From a bacterium (GTDB taxonomy: Bacteria > UBA6262 > WVXT01), in NCBI GenBank assembly GCA_035530055.1, contig DATKVN010000095.1, positions 1 to 59,695 on the forward strand: a DNA stretch of 59,695 bases, in the 5' to 3' direction. The position numbers were made by a program, and so were the translations under genes. The notes below the pieces were generated by a model. That model was given only the letters and a program-made list of their open reading frames with translations, was not told the DNA's origin and made no database searches. Shown here piece after piece: positions 29,341 through 37,901 of the stretch (position 1 is the first letter of the stretch; each line of letters starts with the position of its first letter).

Positions 29341-30384
29341 ATGGGTAAAATTTTAGTTACTGGAGGAGCTGGTTTTGTCGGTTCTCACGTTGCTGAATAC
29401 TATGCAAGGAAAGGTAAAGACGTTGTAGTATTGGATAATTTATCCCGGGGGAAACTTTTGGGAAAGAGTGAGAAGAATGCTGAATATAACTGGAATTATT
29501 TAAGACAATACAAGAATATCTCTTTAATCAAAGAAGATATAAGGAATCTGGAACTTCTTACGGAAACTTGCAGAGATGTAGACATTATAATTCATGCCGC
29601 TGCACAAACAGCTGTAACTACTTCGCTAAGTGACCCCTGGTCCGATTTTTCAGTTAATGCTTTGGGCTCTTTTAATCTACTGGAAGCGGTGCGAAGAGCG
29701 AAAATCAAACCGGTAATTATTTACTGTTCTACCAACAAAGTATATGGAGAAAATGTGAACAAAATCGGTGTTATCCAGGAAGAGTCCCGTTACCGATTTG
29801 AAGATAGATATGGAAAGGGTATTTCCGAAAACTTCGACATCGATTTATGTGAACACACCCCTTATGGTTGTTCCAAGTTGACAGGTGATTTATATATGCA
29901 GGATTATGCCTGGATGTATGGGTTAAAAGTTGGCGTTTTCCGGATGTCCTGCATCTATGGTACAAGGCAGTTTGGGGTAGAGGACCAGGGATGGCTTGCC
30001 TGGTTTGCCATTGCTACGATTTTAAATAAACCAGTAACCATTTATGGTGATGGCAAACAGGTCAGAGACGTGTTATACATTACTGATTTGATAGAGGCTT
30101 ATGACGCTTTTATTAAAAGCGACCTTTCCCATGGCGTATTTAATATCGGTGGCGGTCCCCAAAATACTTTATCTTTGTTAGAGTGTTTGAACCTATTAGA
30201 AGAAATTACTGGAAAAAGAGCTAAGATAAAATTCAGTGATTGGCGTCCTAGTGACCAGAAAGTTTATATTTCCGATATATCTAAGGCAAAGGAAGAATTA
30301 AACTGGAATTCGCTAATTAAGCCCAAAGAAGGGGTAAGGAAATTGGTTGAATGGATTGATGAGAATAGAAAAATCTTTAAATAG
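29341..30384 (+). CDS. SDR-family NAD-dependent sugar-nucleotide epimerase/dehydratase (CDP-paratose 2-epimerase-like)
   Basis: ILVTGGAGFVGSH Rossmann motif, YGCSK catalytic YxxxK, and VVLDNLSRG as I recall from RfbE-type epimerases. Confidence 0.7.
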   Translation: MGKILVTGGAGFVGSHVAEYYARKGKDVVVLDNLSRGKLLGKSEKNAEYNWNYLRQYKNISLIKEDIRNLELLTETCRDVDIIIHAAAQTAVTTSLSDPWSDFSVNALGSFNLLEAVRRAKIKPVIIYCSTNKVYGENVNKIGVIQEESRYRFEDRYGKGISENFDIDLCEHTPYGCSKLTGDLYMQDYAWMYGLKVGVFRMSCIYGTRQFGVEDQGWLAWFAIATILNKPVTIYGDGKQVRDVLYITDLIEAYDAFIKSDLSHGVFNIGGGPQNTLSLLECLNLLEEITGKRAKIKFSDWRPSDQKVYISDISKAKEELNWNSLIKPKEGVRKLVEWIDENRKIFK

Positions 30385-30395
30385 GAGAGGAAAGG

Positions 30396-31514
30396 ATGAG
30401 CACTAATGTTCTGGTTACTGGAGGTGCAGGTTTTATTGGCTCCTTCATTGTCGACAAATTGATAGAAAAGGGTTATAAAGTAAAAGTATTTGACAACCTG
30501 GATTCCCAGGTTCACCCTGGGAGTCGGTTGCCTGCTTATTTAAATCGAGAAGCAGAATTTATCCAGGGGGACATTCGAGATTATGAAAAATTAGCAAAAG
30601 TAGTTAAGGAAGTGGGGATTATTTTCCACTATGCTGCCAGAGTGGGAGTGGCACAATCACAGTATGAGATTAAAAAATACGTCGATGTTAACATTGGAGG
30701 TACCGCTAACCTATTGGACATTCTGGTTAACAAGAGACATACTATTAAAAAATTAATCGTAACTACCTCTATGAGTAGTTATGGAGAAGGGAACTATCGC
30801 TGTAGTAAATGTGGTATTGTACGTCCTCCCTTGAGAAGTGAGGAACAGATGGAGAAGAAGGATTGGGAGTTATATTGTCCAAATTGTGAGCGTAAGGTTG
30901 GACCTGTTCCCACGGATGAGAGAGCAAGGAGAGTTTCCAATTCCATCTATGCTATTACTAAGATGGGACAGGAAGAGATGGTGATGAATATTGGAAAGAC
31001 CTATTCTATCCCTTCGGTGGCCTTACGACTTTTTAATGTTTATGGACCACATCAATCTCTTTCTAACCCTTACACGGGAGTTGTTGCCATATTTATGAGT
31101 AGGATAAAGAATGGGCGTCCTCCTGTTATTTATGAAGATGGAATACAAACCAGGGATTTCGTTTCCGTTCACGATGTAGTTCAGGCTAATATGTTAGCTT
31201 TGGAAAAAGATGAAGCAAATTATGAACTGTTTAATGTTGGTTCAGGAGTAGCCAGGAGCATCAAAAGTATAGCTGAGACTTTAGCCAGGTTGTGCCATGC
31301 AGATATTGTGCCAGAGATAACTAAAAAATTTAGAAAGGGCGATGTCCGACACTGCTTCTCCGACATTTCCAAGATTAAGGATAAATTGGGATTTAAACCA
31401 GTTATATCTTTTGAAGAAGGAATGAAGGAATTGATTGAATGGTCAGACAAAGAGCCGTCCACAGATAAGTTTGAGCAAGCCTATGAAGAATTGAAGGAGA
31501 AAGGACTTATATAA
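30396..31514 (+). CDS. SDR-family NAD-dependent epimerase/dehydratase carrying an inserted CxxC-x21-CxxC zinc-ribbon
   Basis: VLVTGGAGFIGSF; YAITK (YxxxK). Insertion CSKC...CPNC is encoded at 30801-30887. Confidence 0.75.
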   Translation: MSTNVLVTGGAGFIGSFIVDKLIEKGYKVKVFDNLDSQVHPGSRLPAYLNREAEFIQGDIRDYEKLAKVVKEVGIIFHYAARVGVAQSQYEIKKYVDVNIGGTANLLDILVNKRHTIKKLIVTTSMSSYGEGNYRCSKCGIVRPPLRSEEQMEKKDWELYCPNCERKVGPVPTDERARRVSNSIYAITKMGQEEMVMNIGKTYSIPSVALRLFNVYGPHQSLSNPYTGVVAIFMSRIKNGRPPVIYEDGIQTRDFVSVHDVVQANMLALEKDEANYELFNVGSGVARSIKSIAETLARLCHADIVPEITKKFRKGDVRHCFSDISKIKDKLGFKPVISFEEGMKELIEWSDKEPSTDKFEQAYEELKEKGLI

Positions 31515-31539
31515 CGGAGATTTCCGGGAACGATATAAA

Positions 31540-32493
31540 TTGATAAATATAAAAGCTATAACCACATTTAAAAGCAAAAGCATTTCATTAATTATTCTAA
31601 TTTCATTAATAGTTTGGGCAGGTATCTATGTTAAAAATCATATCGATGAGTTTGGAATAATTTTTAGCCTATCCTTAAAAGATATTGGAATTTTATTATT
31701 TCTATCTTTATTAGAGATATTCTTAGTAGGTCTATTAACCAAGATAATAACCAAGTCATTTGGAATAGACCTAACAAGTAGAGAATGGTTTGGCTTATCT
31801 GTAGTTACCAGGTTAGGGAATTATTTGTTGCCCTTCAAAGGGGGAGCTGGGTTAAGGGGAATCTATTTGAGAAAATATCACGATTTTCCTTATACTTACT
31901 TTTTGACAGCCTTAGTAGCTACATCGGTGATGGTTTTTTTTGTTAACTCCAGTATCGGAGTAGCGGGGATGTGTTTAGTATACGCTTACTATAAAATATT
32001 TAACTGGATTGTTTTCGGAGCCTTAGGTATATTCTTTCTCTTATTCTTAGCAATTATTATTTTTTCACCGAGAGTGCCAAATTTTAGAAGTAATTTCTTG
32101 AACAAAATTAGTAATGCTATCGATACATGGCATGATATAAAAAAGAACACCTTTGTGGTTTCTAAGTTACTGTTAATTGTTTTATTACACGCCTTTATTA
32201 ACATTCTCATTATCTTTTTTGCATTCCGTGCTTTTTCAGTTAATATTTCCTTAACACAAACTATGATAATAGCATCATTATCTATCCTTTCTATGTTAAT
32301 AGGGATAACTCCCGGTTCTCTAGGTATAAATGAAGCGGTTATTGTCTTTTCTTCGCGGTTGTTCCAGATAACAACGGCTCAAGGTCTATTAGTGGCTACA
32401 TTGAGACGTATAGTTGTGTTATTCTGGGTTTTTACTTTGGGCCCAATTTTCAGTTATATATTAATAAGGAGAAGAGGACAAAATAAGGATTGA
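31540..32493 (+). CDS. Polytopic membrane protein, lysylphosphatidylglycerol-synthase-TM/UPF0104 (flippase-like) family
   Basis: About 8 TM helices and a GGAGLRGIYLRK motif. AT-rich. TTG start is uncertain. Confidence 0.5.
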   Translation: MINIKAITTFKSKSISLIILISLIVWAGIYVKNHIDEFGIIFSLSLKDIGILLFLSLLEIFLVGLLTKIITKSFGIDLTSREWFGLSVVTRLGNYLLPFKGGAGLRGIYLRKYHDFPYTYFLTALVATSVMVFFVNSSIGVAGMCLVYAYYKIFNWIVFGALGIFFLLFLAIIIFSPRVPNFRSNFLNKISNAIDTWHDIKKNTFVVSKLLLIVLLHAFINILIIFFAFRAFSVNISLTQTMIIASLSILSMLIGITPGSLGINEAVIVFSSRLFQITTAQGLLVATLRRIVVLFWVFTLGPIFSYILIRRRGQNKD

Positions 32494-32625
32494 AAACCGG
32501 AATCCTTTCGAAGGTAATACCTCCTCTAAATAAATTCTTGCTTATACGAGAGATATTACCTTGAAACAAATTTTTATCAAATTCCACGACAGGACATTCT
32601 AGCTACCCAACTATTCATGGTACGC

Positions 32626-32655
32626 TTGACAAAACGAAGTTTTTTATGTTATATT
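32626..32655 (+). promoter_or_regulatory. sigma70-like promoter of the hrcA operon
   Basis: TTGACA (32626-32631), 18-nt spacer, TATATT (32650-32655), immediately upstream of CIRCE. Confidence 0.6.
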
Positions 32656-32661
32656 ACTGTA

Positions 32662-32688
32662 TTAGCACTCGGATAGTAAGAGTGCTAA
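32662..32688 (+). promoter_or_regulatory. CIRCE operator (HrcA binding site)
   Basis: TTAGCACTC-GGATAGTAA-GAGTGCTAA matches the CIRCE consensus TTAGCACTC-N9-GAGTGCTAA perfectly, 15 nt upstream of hrcA. Confidence 0.95.
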
Positions 32689-32702
32689 TTTAGGGGTGAG
32701 CG

Positions 32703-33749
32703 ATGAATATGAACGATCTTAAGGAGCGAAAAAAGAAGATCCTGCAAGTGGTAATTCACCATTATGTGAGGACAGCAAGACCTGCGGCTTCCAGGATGAT
32801 TGTCAGGGATTACGATTTTCCTTTCAGTTCTGCTACTATTCGTAATGTTCTGGCAGAGCTGGAAGAGGAGGGATATTTGACTCATCCCTATACTTCGGCA
32901 GGTCGAATTCCCACAGATAAGGGTTACCGTTTTTATGTGGATCGTCTGATGGAGGCGCAGAAGTTAACTCAGGAGGAGGAAAGGCGCATCGCGAAGGAAT
33001 ATCGAGATAAGAGAAGAGGACTGGAAGAGGTCATGCGGCAGACGAGCAAGATGTTATCTCTTATTTCTCACCAGGCTGGTTTTATATTGACTCCTACGCT
33101 GGACAGGAGTTTCCTTAAGCATATTGAGTTGATCCCCTTAGGAGAGAAGAGGATATTGGCTGTTCTTGTCATTCAGGCGGGGTTGATCAGACATAAGACT
33201 ATCCAACTTAACTATGGCTTGAAACGGAGTCAACTATATAGAATTTCTAAAATATTAAACGAAAAACTCTCTGGTTTGCCCTTATCTCAAATGAGAGAAG
33301 AGATGAATAGGATAATTGAACAGGAATCTAATAAATACCTCGGTTTACTGCAAGCCGCAAAGGGCTTGATAGGTCAAGCTTTCACTTCTGAAGAGTCTGA
33401 GATATATCTGGAAGGTTCGGCTAATATTTTGGCTTCTGTTAAAGAAGACTTATATGATTACGCAGGGGTGGGGTCTGTCTTTCGGGCTATAGAAGAGAAA
33501 AGGATTATTCTCGATATTGTGAGAAGACTTGTCCAGAGTGAGGGTGTAAAAGTGCTAATTGGAAGAGAGAATTTATATCCCGAATTGAAGGATTTCAGTG
33601 TAGTGAGTTCTACCTATAAATCTGGAAATAGGGTAGTAGGCGCATTAGGGATAATCGGGCATAAGAGGATGGAGTATCCCAAGATGGTCGCTTTAGTCGA
33701 TTTCGTAGCCAAAATTGTTAATAATATACTAAACTCAGAAGGAGGATAA
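32703..33749 (+). CDS. hrcA: Heat-inducible transcription repressor HrcA
   Basis: RKKKILQVVIHHYVRTARPAASRMI winged-helix N-terminus. CIRCE upstream and grpE-dnaK-dnaJ downstream. Confidence 0.9.
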   Translation: MNMNDLKERKKKILQVVIHHYVRTARPAASRMIVRDYDFPFSSATIRNVLAELEEEGYLTHPYTSAGRIPTDKGYRFYVDRLMEAQKLTQEEERRIAKEYRDKRRGLEEVMRQTSKMLSLISHQAGFILTPTLDRSFLKHIELIPLGEKRILAVLVIQAGLIRHKTIQLNYGLKRSQLYRISKILNEKLSGLPLSQMREEMNRIIEQESNKYLGLLQAAKGLIGQAFTSEESEIYLEGSANILASVKEDLYDYAGVGSVFRAIEEKRIILDIVRRLVQSEGVKVLIGRENLYPELKDFSVVSSTYKSGNRVVGALGIIGHKRMEYPKMVALVDFVAKIVNNILNSEGG

Positions 33750-33756
33750 ATATCTA

Positions 33757-34305
33757 ATGAAATGCGGAGAAAAGCCTTCGGAACCAGCAATAGATTCCCA
33801 TTTGGAAAATAAACTGAGCGAACTGGAAATATTGAGACAATCGTTTGAAGAGAAAAAGAAATTAGCTGATAGTTACTACGACCAGCTTTTGAGGCTTAAA
33901 GCAGAGTTCGACAACTATCGAAAGAGGATAGAAAAAGAGAAGGAAGAATTGGTTGAGTTTGGTAAACAGGAACTGGTGGTTAAGCTCCTTAATATACTGG
34001 ACAGTTTCGACCTCGCCTTACATTCAACCAAAGATGAGAAAAATGAAGCTAAGGCAATTAAAAAAGGAGTAGAGTTAATTCACAAGCAGTTTAGAGAACT
34101 ACTGGAAAAAGAAGGGTTGAAGAAATTGAAGGTTCAGGGAGAAAAGTTTGACCCAAATTTACATCATGCGGTTGAGTATCAAGAATCGGATAAGCATAAG
34201 GATAACGAGATATTAAAGGAAATACGTTCTGGTTACCTTCTCCACGATAGAGTTATAAGGCCAGCAATGGTAGTAGTAGCCAAGGCTAAAAAACAAGACA
34301 AATAA
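33757..34305 (+). CDS. grpE: Nucleotide exchange factor GrpE
   Basis: YYDQLLRLKAEFDNYRKRIEKE coiled-coil and GEKFDPNLHHAV...GYLLHDRVIRPAMVVV motifs. Confidence 0.9.
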   Translation: MKCGEKPSEPAIDSHLENKLSELEILRQSFEEKKKLADSYYDQLLRLKAEFDNYRKRIEKEKEELVEFGKQELVVKLLNILDSFDLALHSTKDEKNEAKAIKKGVELIHKQFRELLEKEGLKKLKVQGEKFDPNLHHAVEYQESDKHKDNEILKEIRSGYLLHDRVIRPAMVVVAKAKKQDK

Positions 34306-34317
34306 TTGAGAAAGTAG

Positions 34318-34375
34318 GGGTGGCCCGCCGTGGCCACCCGAGGAAAGGGACGACACAGCGGTCGTCCCCTACGGG
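34318..34375 (-). repeat. Two GC-rich palindromes; the second is a GTAG-palindrome (REP-like) variant
   Basis: GGGTGGCC-cgccgt-GGCCACCC (34318-34339). GGGACGAC-acagcg-GTCGTCCC followed by CTACGGG (34347-34375), a compensated variant of GGGCGACC...GGTCGCCCCTACGCG. Confidence 0.75.
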
Positions 34376-34390
34376 ATTGAATTCGTTTGA

Positions 34391-34419
34391 CACTCCAACC
34401 TCCCTTTCGAGAGGACTCC
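34391..34419 (-). repeat. Inverted copy of the GGAGTCC-TCCC-GAAA arm
   Basis: ACTCCAA CCTCCC-TTTC-GAGAGG ACTCC is the reverse complement of GGAGTCCTCCCGAAAGGGAGG with 2 mismatches. Confidence 0.7.
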
Positions 34420-34427
34420 AAATAATT

Positions 34428-34477
34428 GGAGTAGCACCGCTTGCGGTGCGTTTACGCGAAACAAGTTTCGCTACTCC
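34428..34477 (-). repeat. GGAGTAG Y-element, opposite orientation to the 38831/57501 copies
   Basis: GGAGTAG CACCG-CTTG-CGGTG CGTTTACG CGAAA-CAAG-TTTCG CTACTCC. The right 24 nt equal the reverse complement of the 38831 left half. The other hairpin differs by two compensated base pairs. Confidence 0.85.
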
Positions 34478-34486
34478 AAAAATTCT

Positions 34487-34545
34487 GGAGTCCCCCGATA
34501 CATCGGGATGGTCGCCCAACTGGTCAAACTTTCGTTTGACACTCC
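34487..34545. repeat. GGAGT...ACTCC Y-element
   Basis: GGAGT C CCCGA-TACA-TCGGG (15 nt, includes a GGTCGCCC fragment) GTCAAAC-TTTC-GTTTGAC ACTCC. Confidence 0.8.
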
Positions 34546-34574
34546 AAAACTCAAATTCTAAAGGAGGTTAGTAA

Positions 34575-36479
34575 ATGGCAAAGATAATAGGTATTGATCT
34601 GGGAACTTCCAATTCTGCAGCAGCAGTTATGCTGGGAGGAAAACCTACAATTATTCCCAGCGCCGAGGGTACTACCCTGGGGGGAAAGGCTTTCCCTTCT
34701 TATATCGCTTTTACAAAGGATGGACAGCGACTTGTGGGAGAGCCTGCCAGGAGACAAGCGGTCTCCAATCCCGAAGGAACAGTGATGGCGGCAAAGAGAA
34801 AGATGGGTACTGACCATAAGTATAAGATTTTGGGAAAGGAGTATACTCCTCAGGAGATATCCGCGTTCATCCTGCAGAAGATAAGAGAGGATGCAGAAGC
34901 ATTTGTGGGCGAGAAAATAGAGAAGGCGATAATTACCTGCCCTGCCTACTTTAATGATAATCAGAGACAGGCTACAAAGGATGCGGGGAGAATTGCCGGA
35001 TTAGATGTGGAGAGGATTATCAATGAACCAACAGCAGCCTCTTTAGCCTATGGAATAGACAAGGCGGGAAAGGAACAGAAGATTATGGTCTTCGACTTTG
35101 GAGGAGGAACTCTCGACGTTACCATTCTGGATATGTACTTTGATAAGACAGAAAAGACCAGTGGCTTTCATGTGGAGGCAACTGCTGGAGATACCCATCT
35201 CGGCGGGACAGATATGGATAATACTCTAATTGATTATTTAGCAGAGGAGTTTAAGAAGGAAACAGGTATAGATGTGAGAAACGACAAAATGGCTTTTCAA
35301 CGGCTAAGGGAGGCAGCGGAAAAGGCAAAGATTGAGCTTTCCACTACCCTTACCACAGAGATTAACCTCCCCTTCATTACTGCTGATGCTGGCGGACCAA
35401 AACATTTGGTAAAGAGCCTAAGTAGAGCGAAGATGGAGGAGCTGGTCACCCCTACTGTGGAGAAGTGCCGGGACTCAGTGGACCAGGCTCTCAAAGATGC
35501 CAAGACTACTCCTGACGGAATTGACCGCATAATTATGGTGGGGGGACCTACAAGGATGCCCATTGTTCAGCGCTTTGTGGAGAACCTTGTGGGGAAAAAG
35601 GTTGAAAGAGGTGTTGACCCTATGGAATGCGTGGCTATGGGCGCTGCCATCCAGGCTGGCGTGATTACTGGAGATGTTAAGGAAATCCAGCTCTTGGACG
35701 TAACCCCACTTTCCCTGGGAATAGAGACATTGGGAGGAATATTCACAAAATTGATTGAAAAGAACACTACCATTCCTACCAAGAAAAGTCAAATCTTCTC
35801 CACGGCAGCAGATAACCAGCCAGCGGTAGATGTCCACGTCTTGCAGGGAGAGCGCCCTATGGCCAGGGATAATACTGAACTGGGGACATTTCAGCTTGTA
35901 GGTATTCCTCCTGCTCCTCGCGGGATACCACAGATTGAAGTAACTTTCGATATAGACGTAAATGGCATTCTTCATGTAACTGCAAAAGATCTGGGAACAG
36001 GGAAAGAACAGAGTATGAAGATTACCGCTCCTATGAAACTCTCTGAGGAAGAGATAGAAAAGATGGTTAAGGAAGCTGATAAATTTGCCAGTGAGGATAA
36101 GAAGCGAAAAGAGGAAGCTGAACTGAGAAATCAGGCGGATACGATGGTCTATTCTACAGAGAAGTCATTGAAGGAGTATGGAGATAAAGTTTCCCAAGAG
36201 GAGAGAGAAAAAATAGAGAAAACCTTGAAAGCGGCAAAGGAGGCTTTGGCAGGAAGCGACCTGGAAAAGATAAAAAAGACTCAGGAGGAACTTAGCAAGG
36301 CTTCCCATAAATTAGCTGAGGAAGTCTATAAGGAAGCAGCGAAAAAGAGAGAAGCAAAGCCGCAAGAAGAGAAAGAGACAAAGAAAGAGGAGAAAAAGGA
36401 AGAAAAGAAGAAAGAAAAAGAAGATGTAATTGAGGCTGAATACGAAGAAAAAGACGAAGGCGAGGAAAAGAAAAATTGA
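34575..36479 (+). CDS. dnaK: Molecular chaperone DnaK (Hsp70)
   Basis: [20 protein letters not shown] and VGGPTRMP signatures. AAGGAGG RBS. Unusually long K/E-rich C-terminal tail. Confidence 0.97.
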   Translation: MAKIIGIDLGTSNSAAAVMLGGKPTIIPSAEGTTLGGKAFPSYIAFTKDGQRLVGEPARRQAVSNPEGTVMAAKRKMGTDHKYKILGKEYTPQEISAFILQKIREDAEAFVGEKIEKAIITCPAYFNDNQRQATKDAGRIAGLDVERIINEPTAASLAYGIDKAGKEQKIMVFDFGGGTLDVTILDMYFDKTEKTSGFHVEATAGDTHLGGTDMDNTLIDYLAEEFKKETGIDVRNDKMAFQRLREAAEKAKIELSTTLTTEINLPFITADAGGPKHLVKSLSRAKMEELVTPTVEKCRDSVDQALKDAKTTPDGIDRIIMVGGPTRMPIVQRFVENLVGKKVERGVDPMECVAMGAAIQAGVITGDVKEIQLLDVTPLSLGIETLGGIFTKLIEKNTTIPTKKSQIFSTAADNQPAVDVHVLQGERPMARDNTELGTFQLVGIPPAPRGIPQIEVTFDIDVNGILHVTAKDLGTGKEQSMKITAPMKLSEEEIEKMVKEADKFASEDKKRKEEAELRNQADTMVYSTEKSLKEYGDKVSQEEREKIEKTLKAAKEALAGSDLEKIKKTQEELSKASHKLAEEVYKEAAKKREAKPQEEKETKKEEKKEEKKKEKEDVIEAEYEEKDEGEEKKN

Positions 36480-36482
36480 AAA

Positions 36483-36567
36483 TGTGCCTACAGATGTCAG
36501 GAGTGTGAAACGAAAGTTTCACTGGTCAAGCTTTTGCTTGACACTCCAAGAAACCATTGTAGGCACA
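36483..36567. repeat. GGAGT Y-element (36500-36547) enclosed by a 10-bp outer stem
   Basis: TGTGCCTACA (36483-36492) ... GGAGT GTGAAAC-GAAA-GTTTCAC TG GTCAAGC-TTTT-GCTTGAC ACTCC ... TGTAGGCACA (36558-36567). Confidence 0.8.
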
Positions 36568-36587
36568 GATTCAATCTGGATTTCCTT

Positions 36588-36641
36588 GGAGTAGCGGACT
36601 TTAGTCCGCGTTTTAAGACGCAGGTTGAAACCTGCTACTCC
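36588..36641 (+). repeat. GGAGTAG Y-element
   Basis: GGAGTAG CGGAC-TTTA-GTCCG CGTTTTAAGAC GCAGGT-TGAA-ACCTGC TACTCC. Confidence 0.85.
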
Positions 36642-36647
36642 AACATT

Positions 36648-36692
36648 ATTGTAGGCACAGATTTCCCGATTGAAAATCGGGATGCGGAGTAG
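36648..36692 (+). repeat. Second ATTGTAGGCACAGATT copy, a CCCGATT/AATCGGG hairpin, and an unpaired GGAGTAG arm that serves as the dnaJ Shine-Dalgarno
   Basis: ATTGTAGGCACAGATT occurs at 36648-36663 (also 36556-36571). Hairpin at 36665-36681. GGAGTAG at 36686-36692, 6 nt before the TTG start of dnaJ. Confidence 0.75.
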
Positions 36693-36698
36693 AAGAAT

Positions 36699-37838
36699 TT
36701 GGCTAAGAGAGATTACTATGAGGTCTTGGGCATAAATAAGGATGCTTCTCTCGGTGATATTAAGAAGGCATTTCGTAGTTTAGCCCTTCAATATCATCCT
36801 GATAGAGTTGCCCCGGAGAAGAAGAAAGAAGCAGAGGAGAAGTTTAAAGAGATGTCCGAGGCATATGCTGTGCTTTCTGATCCCAAGAAGAAAGTCCAGT
36901 ACGACCAGTTCGGCCATGCTGGAATCGATGCCAGTTACACTTATGAAGATATTTTCCGTGGGGCAGATTTTAGGGGCTTTGAGGATATTTTGCGTGGTTT
37001 CGGCTTTGGAGAGTCGGCCTTTGGCGACCTTTTCGATTTCTTTGGCGCAGGCAGAGGCAGGAGGAGAAGAGCAACCAGAGGTATGGACCTTGAATATAGT
37101 CAAAGCATAACGTTGGAAGAAGCAGCCACAGGGACAGAGAAAGAGATCGGGATTTTCCATACGGTAACCTGTTCCCAATGTGCAGGGACTGGCGCCAAGC
37201 CGGGAACAGGAAGGAAGACTTGTCCCCAGTGCCAGGGTACAGGGCAGCTCAGTTATAGCCGGGGAGGATTCTTTACTTTTAGTTTTTCTCAGACCTGTAG
37301 TCGCTGTGGTGGCTCAGGTGAAGTCATTGAGACACCCTGTGCGGTATGTAATGGCAGAGGCAAAGTTAAAAAGAGTTCTTCTATTTCTTTAAAGATTCCG
37401 CCAGGAGTGGATACGGGAATAAGCATAAGGGTGAGGGGAAAAGGCGAAGCCGGAGAAATGGGTGGTCCCAGTGGAGACCTCTATGTGGTAATCCATGTAA
37501 AGCCCCATAAGATTTTTGAGCGTGAAGAAAACGACCTGTATATAGAGGTTCCCATACTGTTTACTACAGCTTGCCTTGGTGGCGAGGTCGAAGTTCCCAC
37601 TCTAAAAAGTAGTGTAAAAATGCGTGTTCCTCCGGGCACACCTACAGATAAAGTATTTAAACTTAAGGGAAAAGGGATGCCCAGCCTTCATGGTAGAGGT
37701 CAGGGGGATGAGTATGTAAAAGTGATTGTCCAGGTGCCCAGTAAGCTCACCTCTGAAGAGAAGAAATTGCTGGAAGAGTTCCGACGTCTGGAACGTGAAC
37801 ATAGTAAAGGAATTTTCAAGAAGATGTTCAGGCAATGA
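36699..37838 (+). CDS. dnaJ: Co-chaperone DnaJ (type I; J-domain, G/F region, four CxxCxGxG zinc motifs)
   Basis: (M)AKRDYYEVLG...HPD J-domain. CSQCAGTG, CPQCQGTG, CSRCGGSG, CAVCNGRG. The canonical N-terminus forces a TTG start at 36699. Confidence 0.95.
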   Translation: MAKRDYYEVLGINKDASLGDIKKAFRSLALQYHPDRVAPEKKKEAEEKFKEMSEAYAVLSDPKKKVQYDQFGHAGIDASYTYEDIFRGADFRGFEDILRGFGFGESAFGDLFDFFGAGRGRRRRATRGMDLEYSQSITLEEAATGTEKEIGIFHTVTCSQCAGTGAKPGTGRKTCPQCQGTGQLSYSRGGFFTFSFSQTCSRCGGSGEVIETPCAVCNGRGKVKKSSSISLKIPPGVDTGISIRVRGKGEAGEMGGPSGDLYVVIHVKPHKIFEREENDLYIEVPILFTTACLGGEVEVPTLKSSVKMRVPPGTPTDKVFKLKGKGMPSLHGRGQGDEYVKVIVQVPSKLTSEEKKLLEEFRRLEREHSKGIFKKMFRQ

Positions 37839-37901
37839 AATGTCCCAGAGTTACAAAGCCCGAACCTTCAAACTTATCACTTTTGAACGGGGTGTTTAAC
37901 A

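Noticed and set aside
34535-34563. TTGACACTCC motifs (34386, 34534, 36535) as -35 boxes for internal dnaK/dnaJ promoters
   Set aside because: No acceptable -10 hexamer lies at 16-19 nt (TAAAGG and TAGGCA are poor). The TTGAC is the 3' half of a GTCAAxC/GxTTGAC hairpin.
34233-34571. Three overlapping ORFs (34233-34421 -, 34286-34519 -, 34320-34571 +) in the grpE-dnaK gap
   Set aside because: All read through palindromic repeats, which stay open in several frames because they are GC-rich and stop-poor. They mutually overlap, and none has a credible start context.
35475-35975. Numerous antisense or alternative-frame ORFs inside large genes (for example 35475-35975 -, 42373-42891 -, 6945-7442 -, 36808-37110 +, 50989-51321 +)
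   Set aside because: Each is fully embedded in a confidently identified + strand gene. None has recognisable motifs, and the biased composition is typical of shadow ORFs.
36556-36663. 16-nt direct repeats ATTGTAGGCACAGATT (36556-36571, 36648-36663) as a target-site duplication of the 36588 Y-element
   Set aside because: The first copy is itself the right arm of a stem with TGTGCCTACA (36483-36492). TTGTAGGCA also follows the unrelated copy at 57553. It is therefore a module of the repeat system rather than duplicated target DNA.
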